From assembly GCA_951406725.2 (NCBI GenBank), contig OX597819.1:47182001-47246000 (forward strand): a stretch of DNA of 64,000 nt. Reading direction: 5' to 3'. The translations under genes were made by a program, and so were the position numbers. The stretch's first letter is position 1. Every line of letters begins with the position of its first letter. Below the pieces are notes generated by a model. That model made no database searches and was not told the origin of the DNA. It was given only the letters and a program-made list of their open reading frames with translations. Source of the stretch: Octopus vulgaris. Its lineage: Eukaryota. Positions 53,478 through 64,000 of this stretch are shown piece after piece.

Positions 53478-54338
53478 TTACTTCTGGACGCAGTAACCTA
53501 GAATTTGGTGAAGTCAGTCAGTCAAATAGACATCATAGATTCAGGAATAATATTAGCCTAAAATAAAAGCTAAATATCTCCCTCACACTCACATGCATAC
53601 ACACACAGACATGCAAATACACATGCATAGACACACATACACACACAAACACTTTGAACATAAAAATTCTCATCTACATTTACATTCATGTACGTACACA
53701 TTCATGCACGTGCATTCTGTATCTATGTATTTATATAGCTGTTATGTGTGTGTATTTGCAGATAACAATCTTTCATAATTATATAAAGAATATTAAAATA
53801 AAAAAACAACATATCTTTAAAAAAAGAATATAAATAAAAAAAATTACAAATAGCAGTTTAAAATAAATAAATAAAAAAAGACAAAATCAAGAGCTAATAT
53901 CAGAACTTTCGATAAACCAGAACTGGCGCCATCTTGGCCAGTTCCTCACACTAGCCAAAGGCCTTTTGGGGTAATGGCCAAGAAAGAGGACTAATCTGTT
54001 CGCACGGTTTACCGCCATAATTAACAAACAAATAATATTTTGCTATTCAACATACATTTCTACAACCACATACATGATATATATATATATTTATATATAT
54101 ATATATATATAGGCATATATATGTGGAGGCGCAATGGCCTAGTGGTTAGGGCAGCGGACTTGCGGTCGGAGGATCGCGGTTTCGATTCCCAGACCGGGCG
54201 TTGTGTGTGTTTATTGAGCGAAAAAACACCTAAAAGCTCCACGAGGCTCCGGCGGGATGTGGTGATCCCTGCTGTACTCTTTCACCACTCTAAAGGCGGT
54301 GCTCCAGCATGGCCGCAGTCAAATGACTGAAACAAGTA

Positions 54339-54386
<48 letters not shown>

Positions 54387-54448
54387 GCATACACAAATTC
54401 ACACACATATATATATATACACATACAGCTCACATACATGTGTGTATG

Positions 54449-54496
<48 letters not shown>

Positions 54497-57400
54497 CTTC
54501 AAGGAAAGGGTCTAAGTGACATAACTGCAACTATCAACAAAGCCTCCAACTCACTCACTCACCATACTCTCTCTCTCTCTCTTGCACTGTCTCATTCATC
54601 CCCTCTTTTCCTCTCCATCTGCCTGTCTATTTAACTACTTCTGTTCCATAGCATCCTCTCTATTTCTCACCAATCTCCCTCATACCCTTCCTCACATTCA
54701 GCTCTCCTTCACACTCTTCTCCTCTCCAATTAACTCTCCTCGCTCCCTCCCTATCTGATAAATGTATCTCTGTGCATGTGCATTAGTGAATATATATATA
54801 TATATAATATCACTACCCACTGATATCCATCAGACATCAGATAAAATGTATCAAATCGAAACAAAAAAAAAACACCATTTTTGTTCTTTTTTCTTTCAAG
54901 GGTTCATACATTATCACAAAAAAAGTAAAAAAAAAAAAATAATCATTTTTTTTTTCAAATTAATAAAAAATAAACAAAGAGAAGATAAGTAGGGGGTGGA
55001 ACAACAGTTCATCTCAGTATGATTTCTTTAGAAGTAGGGGCTATTTCCATATTGAAGAGGCCGACAACCACCCAAACTGCCACACATACATACACACACA
55101 CACAGTGTCGACTGCAACATGTATGTAGTTAACACTGGGCAAGTTCTCTGAGAAGAGAAATGAACTCAATTTTCAATAGAAACATTACTACTACTAGAAA
55201 AATCAGAAAACTCAAAGGCAAATAATAAAATTTTAAAATAAAAGCAACAATGAAGAAAAATGGGAAAAAGATAGAAGAGAGGTGGAAGGAAGAGGAGTAA
55301 AACAAGTGAGAAAGGGCTAGAAGAAATGAATGTTAACTAAATATTAGATGCTGGTTTTTGGATAATGTTCAAGAACATTCTCTTTAAACCAAAAATATAA
55401 TGAAACAAACAACAATGATGATGATGATAATGTTATTAATAATAATAATAATAATAATAATCAACATCATAATTTTTTTCCACTAGACACAAGGCCTGAA
55501 ATTTTTGGAATGGGGAGGCTAGTTGATATATCAATCTTGAAAGGATGAAAGACAAAGTCAACCTCAGCGGAATTTGAACCCAAAATGCGGAAGACAGACT
55601 AAATGTAATTAAGTATTTTGTCAGGTGTGCTAATGATTCTCAAGAGTGTGTCACCTTGATAATAATTGATAATAACTCTTTCTATTATAGGCACAAGGCC
55701 TGAAATTATTGGGGGAGGGGGCTAGTCGATTACATCAACCCCAGTCTTCCATTGGTACTTAATTTATCAACCCCGAAAAGATGAAAGGCAAAGTCGACCT
55801 CAGTGGAATTTGAACTCAGAACATAAGGATGGATGAAATGCAGCTAAGCATTCTGTCCAGCATGCTAACAATTCTGCCAGCTCGCCACCTTAATAATAAT
55901 AGCAACAACAACAATAATAATATCGGTTACAAATTTTGGCAGGAGAGAAGGAAGTTAATTACATCAACCTTAGTACTTGATAGGTATTTAACTTACTGTC
56001 CCCCAAAAGATGAAAGACGAATTCAACCTAGACAGAATTTGAACTGAGAACATAAAGACAGCTGCAATTCTCCTAAGCATTTTGTCCAACACACTAACGG
56101 TTCTGCCAGCTCACTACCTTAATAATAATAATAATAATAATAATAATGATAATGGTTTCGATTTTGAGCACAAGGCCAGGGATTTGGGAGGGAGGAGTTA
56201 AGGTGATTACATCTATGCCAGTACTCAGCTGGTACTTGTTTCATCAACCCCAAAGGGATGATGAAAGATAAATCAACCTCAGCAGAATCTGAACTCAGAA
56301 AGTAAAGCCAGACAAAATGCCACTAAAAATTTTTACCTGTATTGCTAATGAAAATAATAATAATAATAGTAGACTCACATTAGATATCAGATTAATGGAG
56401 CATTCTTGCACTGTTTTTTATTATATGGTAGTCAATACAGAATTTAAGCAATTGAAATATTAGTTAAGCCAAGTTTCTAGGTCTTAACCTTTATCCAAAG
56501 CAAACTAAATAGCTAGGGAAGTATATGAAAGTCATGTGGGGGACAACAGCAGTTAGTTGGAGGGAAGATAATAAAAAGACAAAACAGGGTGTTTTTTTTT
56601 TCTTTCTCATCATCATCAAGTGTTTTAAATCCAGGATTTGTCCCCGTTAATGGGGGTTAATGGGGATTGATTCATTAGACTAAAGACTCTTCAAGGCGGT
56701 GCCCCAGCATGGCCATAGTCTAATGGATGAAACAAGTAAGAGATAAAAGATAGAGGGGGAGGGGGAGAGAGAGAGATTTCGTTTCGTGCTGTTACAACAT
56801 ATTTGTGCATTTCACTCCTTAAATATACAAATAAAATACAACCTTCTTGAGTGAAGCTTAAGTACCTGTAATATCCACTGTTTAAATGTAGGTACATTTC
56901 GAGAAATGCATATGTTTGTGTGTGCATGTGTGTGTTTGCTGATATGTATAGTTAACGGCAAAACTGGAAGGGAGATAAATCTCACATATAATAACACGAG
57001 TTACCTCCCATAGTATCCTGACCACTGTATTACGTTACAATAAACTCTACCTAACGAGTTTATGCATAACAATCGTGCATGCATTATATACCATCATTGA
57101 CGTTCTAATATGTACTTTTCTATGATCGCATAGCTTAGACAAGACCATTCAGGCAGAATTTTCCTCGGTGATTTGCAATTCCTGTTAAAAAAACCTTGCC
57201 CATTTCCAAGCTAATAAAACACCCAGTCAATCAAACATTAAACAGTCCAGACGTGTGATGCTTTGCTTTCAATCACCGTGCACAAGTCAGGACAAGGAGA
57301 ATAATAATTTTCAGTCAAATATACGCCTATAAATACGCCAGAGATATACTTAACCTTTATTCTTTTACTTGTTTCAGTTATTTGCATTTAACTGTATCCA

Positions 57401-57578
57401 TGCTGGAGCACCGCCTTTAGTTGAGGAAATCGGCTCCAGGACTAATTCTTTGTAAGCCTAGTACTTATTCTATCGGTCTCTTTTGCCGAACCACTAAGTT
57501 ACGAGGACGTAAACACACCAGCATCAGTTGTCAAGCAATGTTGGAGGGACAAACAGACACACAAACACACACATACAC

Positions 57579-57623
<45 letters not shown>

Positions 57624-57827
57624 TACAACAGGCTTCTTTCAGTTTCCATCAACCAAATCTACTCACAATGCTTTGGTCGGCCCGAGGATATAGTAGAAGA
57701 TACTTGCCCAAGGTGCCACACAGTGGAACCAAACCTGGGACCATGTGGTTGGTAAGCAAGCCACTCAATGGTTCAATTCTAATTTTCAGACCTATGTTCC
57801 AAACTTTTAGCCATGACTGTATATTTA

Positions 57828-57871
<44 letters not shown>

Positions 57872-57943
57872 GGTGTTAAATAAAATGAGATAACAAAGCC
57901 GAAACTGTGTGGAATTTACAGGACATTTACAAAGAGAAAGTTA

Positions 57944-57990
57944 GTCTTACAGCTGTTTCTGGGATATTAGGGATATCCCTTCATCAGAAT
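57944..57990 (-). ncRNA. Type I hammerhead motif (Penelope-like) in the GAR1 intron, sense to GAR1
   Basis: CTGATGA-a-gggatat-cccta-atatccc-a-GAAAC-agct-GTA-agac; palindromic ACAGCTGT stem III; stem I degraded. Confidence 0.55.
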
Positions 57991-60900
57991 GATGTGAGAT
58001 GGTTAAATAGAGGGAAATATTAGGGTTCAATATGAGGAGTTATTTTGGAAAAGGAAGCAAATAAGGAGTTATAGAGGGAAATAGGAGAATGAATGTAGAA
58101 ATAAAAATAAAAGTGTATAAAAAATGTTATAGTTGCAGTTCCATTATCCAAGGAAAGTGGTGAGTAGAAGTGGTAGAAATGCTTCTTGCCCATGGTATGT
58201 AAATTCATCATCATCATTTAACGTCCGCTTTCCATGCTAGCATGGGTTGGACGATTTGACTGAGGTCTGGTGAACCAGACTCCAATCTGATCTGGCAGAG
58301 TTTCGACAGCTGGATGCCCTTCCTAACGCCAACCACTCCGAGAGAGTAGTGGGTGCTTTTACGTGCCACAGGCACGAGGGCCAGTTTGGTGGTACTGGCA
58401 ACGGCCACGTCCAAATGGTGCTTTTTACGTGCCACCTGCACAGGAGCCAGTCCAGCGGCACTGGCGACGTCCTCGCTCAAATGTTTCATGTGCCACCAGC
58501 ACAAGTGCTAGTAAGGCGATGCGGTAACGATCACGCTCGAATGGTGTGCTTCACGTGCCACCGGCACGAAGGCTAATTTGTTGCTCAGGCAACGATCTCA
58601 CTCGTATGGTACTCTTAGCGCTCCACTAGTGACGGATGCCAGTCACCGAGTTTGATTTCAACTTCGATTTCACTTGCCTCAACTGGTCTTCACAAGCAGA
58701 GTTTAGTGTCCAATGAAGAAAAGGCACGCATAAGTGGACTGGTTACCCCCTAGCATAGGCCACACTTGCGCTTGCCGAGTCTTCTGCAGCACAGCATATT
58801 TGCTTCCAATTCGAGTTCATATTTTGTCATCACAAATGGAAAGTGTGGTGACGTAGATTCCATGTGCTGTTCATTCAAAGGGGTCTTGTAGTGTATATAT
58901 ACATACGTACATGTGCACACAAGCCACAAGCATGGCTGTGAAGCTATGGGTTCAGTCTCTACAGACAAATGTCTTCTACTACAGCCCTACTCCAACCAGT
59001 GTGCCTTGTGAGTGAATCTAATAGATAGAAATTTTGTTGAAGCCTACCATATATATGTAATCATCTCATGATAAGACAAGGAGACACAAATGCTGACACA
59101 GATATATGTACAATGGAGCTCTTTCAGGGTCAATAAAATGAAGCAGCACTCAAGACACTGGAGTTCAATTTAAACAAGTGTTCCCTTCTCTTCAAATCTT
59201 TGATTTTGTGCCTATACTAGATCTAATCAACTAGACCTCTCCCCTCAAAATTACAAGCCTTGTACCTAAATCAGAGGGAGAGGTACAATCCTAGAAATGA
59301 CAAAACAGACAGATTAAACGATGTGGTAATGTATGCATATACATACACATAGACACGTGTGCATAGTTAGATGCATATTGTATACTATAACTGCTACATT
59401 TAGGTTTTTAACCTATACCATTTAAGATTGTTCTATCAGTAAGAGTTTATGTGTGTGATTAAATATGTAGTATTGAATCATGTCTTCCAACATTCTGAGA
59501 TCAAAATACACCAAAATTTATCTTCAGTTTTTTTTCCTTTTCCTCCTTCCAATCATATTACTCGGCTGACTATAATTAAGTATAGCACTGCACTAAAAAT
59601 GTTTGCCCTTGTGCTACATTTACAAATGGATATCAACCCCCAAGAACCAACCCACCTACTGTAATTATATTAGCACACAAGTCTTCCCTTTTCCATATTC
59701 ACCAGATTTCAGCCCACTGAAGGAAGACATCAACATTACTGCTTTTAACGTTTACTTTTCCATGCTAGTGACATTTTACAACTGGAATGCACTTCCTCAT
59801 GCCAACATGTTAGTAACCTCGTACAAGAAGAGATGCAATGTACCTATTTTAAAGAGCCCCCAGGATACAAACACTAATAACCTCAGAGTAAAACCAAGTA
59901 ACAGTCATCTGGTATAGCATCAACATTTTAAATTCCTTTTCCATGCTGACATGGGTTGGATGGTTTGACAAGAACTACACAAACTCGTCTGCTTTGACGT
60001 GGTTTCCACAGCTGGATATCATCTACATTTACCATCCACTTTTCCATGCTGGCATGAGTTGGATGGAATTTATTGAGGTAGATTTACAACAGTCATATGC
60101 CCTTACTGTCATCAACCTTAACTTGCTTCCAAGCAAGGCAATATTTCCCTAAGAACATACGTGTTTTCATGGAAGATTGGAAACGAAGGATAACAACGTC
60201 CATTTTCCCATGCTTGCATGGGTCAGACGGAATTTCAGGCAGATTTTCTACAGCTGGATGCCCTTTCTGTTATCAACTGTCACCTGCTTCCAAGCGAGAT
60301 AATATTTCCCCATGGCCAGGTATGTTTTTCATGAAAAATTGGAAACAAACACCGCTTGTGTAACAGTGATGCTAGTTTACAACCATGATGTCAAAACATG
60401 GGCCTCTTTCAGTTCCCGCTTACCAAATCTATTCACAAGACTTTGGTCAGCCTAGGGTTATAGTAGAACACATTTACCCAAGGTGCCACGTAGTGGAACT
60501 GAACCCAAAGCCATGTCACTGGAAAGCAAACATTTTACCATACAAACATGCCTACACTTCAATTAATGGTGCTGATTGCAGTAGCAAGTGTTGTCGTCAT
60601 CATTTGACGTCTGCTTTCCAAACTGACATGGGTTGGACGGTTGGACTGAGGACTGGCGAACCAGATGACTGTACCAGGCTCCAATCTGATCTGGCAAGGT
60701 TTCTACAGCTGGACACCCTTCCTAACACCGACCACTCAGAGAGTGTAATGGGTGCTTTTTACGTGCCACCAGCACAGGGGCAGTCAGGCAAAACTGGCAT
60801 CAACCATGCTCGAATAGTGCTTTTTACATGCCACCGGCACGGGAGCCAATCATGCGGAACTGGGAATGACCACACTCAAATGGTGCTTTTTACGTGCCAC

Positions 60901-62299
60901 CAACACAGATGCCAGTCAGATGGCACTGGCAATTGTTACTATATAAATATATAGTGATATGAATATCTAGCATGAATCCTTTGCTGGCGATGTCTAATAT
61001 ATATGGGAAGAGGCATGACTTTGTAGTAAGAAGTTTGCTACCCAACCACAAGGTTCCAGGTCCTGTAGTATCTTGGGCATAGGCCCAGGCCGACCAAAGC
61101 CTTGTGTGTGGATTTGATAGATGAAAACTGAAAGAAGCCCATCACAGAGTGTTTGTGTGCATCTATGTACATATATGCCAGGCACGTGCCGTCGGTAATT
61201 ACTCAAGTAAAAAGCAAAACACAGGCACGCGACTGAGCTGAAGGCAGATTCACTTCTGCCTTTATACCAAGTAAAGAAAACAGTGACATAGCAGTGCACG
61301 CAGCACGTGTACTATAGCAGTACTATGCATAGTTTAAATACTGAGATTCAAGAGCAGGGGGCGAATTATGCCTACCTAATCTACAAAAAAAAATAGAATA
61401 CTTTGAATAGTGATCAGAGTAACCTTCATAATTTTATTGAATTAAGTGCATATTTTGGCATAAAAGGAAAATGTTGCTATCGATCCATTTTATTCAAAGT
61501 AGACACATCCCTGATGTATACGTATACCTGTGTCTTTGAGCTCGCGTTTGTTTTCTCCCTCCCCACCTCTTCACAACAAATGATGGGTTTTTTTTTTTAC
61601 GTCCCCGTCTGAATAGCTACCAGGCTTAAGAAATAAAAGTACTAAAGTCGAGTTATGGCACACATACGAATGTAATTTTTCGTGGAGGAGTCTAAGCCAG
61701 TTTGTATATTTGAGTCTGTGTGTGTGTGTGTTCATTATGTCCGCGCAAATACTATTTAAATACAAAAGCATTAAACGCCAGTAAAATCGATGCGTACAAT
61801 TACTAAGGGAAATAACTGCATACTTTACAATGATAGAGTTATCTGCCCCTGATTACGGGCTACATGAAATACCAGCATTTCGTCCGTCTTTACATTAGGA
61901 TTTCAAACTCTACCAATGGCGACTTAGTCGTTCATGCTTTCCAAGTCAATAAAATAAGTACCACTTGAATACTGGGGTTGATATAATCGACCAACCTCTA
62001 CCACCAAAGTTCAGGCCTTGTACTTATAGTAGAAAAGAGTAACAACGACATCAGCGAATAATGTTTTATATTTTGAACTTTGAGATGTGGAGGGAAGCTG
62101 ATTACAACAGCCCCAAAGTTCAACTGGTACTTATTTTGTTGATCTTGAAAGGATGAAAGGCAAGTCGACCTTGGCAGACTTTCAAATCAGAACCTAATGA
62201 GCCAGACGAAATGTCAAAAGCATTTTGTCTGATGTACTAACGACATGCCATCTCACGGACTTACAGCCTTATTAACAATGATAATAATAATAATAATAA

Positions 62300-62853
62300 T
62301 GCCCTAATGCAGTACTAGGCAGTGGCTCTCATGGCTTCTGATCTTAACTGATTGGAAGTGTTATCATGTACATTGTTTTGTCTTGGTATAAAAGATGGGC
62401 TACAGCAAATATTCTGCTCAATACCACAGATTTGCTTGTCAGTTGTTTGACCTTAACCAGTTGAGCATATCCCTTAGTGACCGATGATATGTGCATCTCT
62501 GATCACGAGCAGAAGTAGTCAGGGAGCATCATAGCCATGTGTTGAGAGGGATTCTTTGGGGTTTGAATAATTCACCTCTGGAAACATGGGTGTTCGTTCA
62601 ACATCCTTAAATAACCCTTATTCAGGGACCTTTTGAGTGGGATGGGCTACTCGACCAGAAGAAAATTCTAACTGGGCCACACCTGCAAGGTCATGTGCTG
62701 TTTATCTTGATATGAGATCACCCTGTCGCGCACACATGGCTGTGATGCATGTGCCTAGTGTACCCTTATCAGACGAATAGTCATGATGGGTATACTGGGC
62801 TTCGTATATTTTACCCCAGTGTCACTTTGATGGCATGCACTGCTCTCTCACTC
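62300..62853 (+). mobile_element. 555-bp TAA-targeting element, full-length
   Basis: (AAT)n-tgccctaatgcagtactaggcagtggc..ctctctcactc-aataata. Confidence 0.9.
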
Positions 62854-63542
62854 AATAATATATATAAATAAATAAATAATAATAATCCTTTCTACTATAG
62901 GCACAAGGCCTGAAATTTTGGGGAAAGGGAGTAGTTGATTAAAACTCAATGTTTTACTGAAAGGCAAAGTTGACCATGGCAGAATTTGAACTCAGAACAT
63001 AAGAGACAAAATGCCTGAAATTGGGGTAGGAGTTAGTTAACTACATGGACCTCTGAAGGATAAAAGGAAAGTAGACCTCAGTGACATTTGAACTCAAAAT
63101 CTAAACAGTCAAAAGAAATGCTGCAAAGTATTTTGTTTGGTATAGCAGCTTACTGCCTTTCGCACAGCTAACAGGGAGCCTTTATGTAGTTACACACTTT
63201 GCTAAAAATAGCAGCAAAATCGCCCTAAATCACTCCCATCCATCTTTAAAAAAGGACACAGATAATCTAGCCTGAAACATCTGTAAAGAGACTGGATGGT
63301 CATCATTGGAATGCTTTGAGAAATATTTCATTACGACCTGCTAGAAATAGCAGCCATATCTATCAAATTGCACTCCACCATTTAAAACAAAAAGGACATG
63401 TTGGTCAAATAAAACAAACGGGAGGGAACACTTTTTATTATAGGCTAGTTTGAACAGAGCTAAACAGTGAAACCAACAACACTTCTTTACTGCGATAAAA
63501 AAAAAAAAAATTCTAAAATATAAAGAAAGAGTTTGTAGTTAC

Positions 63543-63612
63543 CTCGGCCGCCACCTCGTTGGGGAGTCAAAAATCTGGCCAAGGGCAATAACTTTGCAGG
63601 ATCAATAAAAAG
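63543..63612 (-). CDS. GAR1: GAR1 (H/ACA ribonucleoprotein complex subunit 1) penultimate exon; upstream exons lie beyond the window end
   Basis: tttcag|LFIDPAKLLPLARFLTPQRGGGR-G|gtaact. Matches the conserved Gar1 core end (FYIDPxKLLPLxRFL) that precedes the C-terminal GAR domain. Confidence 0.92.
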
Positions 63613-64000
63613 CTGAAATCACCAAAAAATATATTTGGATAAATTACTACAATTTATATTGTTTACTTTTTATCTATTTATTTATTTATTTATTCATAAT
63701 TTTAATTCAAACATTTACCATCATAAATCAACATTTCTGAGAAGTTTCTTGATTAGCAGTAGTTTTTCTTTATTCTGGATGATTTGAGTGTCACATTCTG
63801 TCTACCATCTTCCTTTGTGTTATTTTAAGAATATCAATGGTTTAAGACAATGATGAATAGGAGGAGACTGAAAAGTGAGCCATGGTGAACTCCTACCTGT
63901 ACATTAAATTCGTTGCTAACTCTTCTTTTACTAACAACATCCTTGTACATGGCTTGCATAGCTTAACCTTAGCTTCCTCAGAGACCACTAGATTACAAAG

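Noticed and set aside
53930-54030. Plus-strand H/ACA snoRNA reading (hairpin, AGAGGA, ACA)
   Set aside because: Antisense to the host gene and the second hairpin is too weak; kept only as an unexplained structured island
54124-54200. tRNA-like sequence with A and B boxes
   Set aside because: No proper acceptor stem, and it continues into SINE body and tail; a SINE head, not a tRNA gene
63890-64000. Minus-strand donor cag|gtagga as a possible upstream GAR1 exon
   Set aside because: The phase-0 translation (MYKDVVSKRRVSNEFNVQ) does not resemble the Gar1 core

Overview
AT-rich, microsatellite-dense eukaryotic genomic DNA. The repeat landscape (tRNA-headed SINEs, R4/Dong-type LINE pieces in (TAA)n tracts, a degenerate C2H2 array) points to an octopus, though this is inference. 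The only clearly recognisable host gene is the 3' part of GAR1 (H/ACA snoRNP subunit) on the minus strand. It has a 70-nt exon at 63543-63612 (LFIDPAKLLPLARFL), a 14.4-kb intron and a Gly/Arg-rich last exon at 48886-49109. A duplicated, splice-competent copy of that last exon lies at 47940-48157. The rest is mostly mobile-element debris: R4/Dong LINEs, a 555-bp TAA-targeting element in 7 copies, three SINE-type families, a mariner pseudogene, Merlin-like and piggyBac-like MITEs, Helitron pieces and Penelope-type hammerhead motifs. The most notable oddities are the duplicated GAR1 terminal exon, a 2.07-kb TSD-flanked insert carrying an orphan ORF inside a SINE, a poly(A)-tailed 18S rRNA V4 fragment and a telomere-repeat patch each replacing part of a SINE, and a 4x78-bp tandem array closed by an inverted copy. 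Most ORFs in the supplied track are microsatellite artefacts. All calls are by eye; no searches were run.
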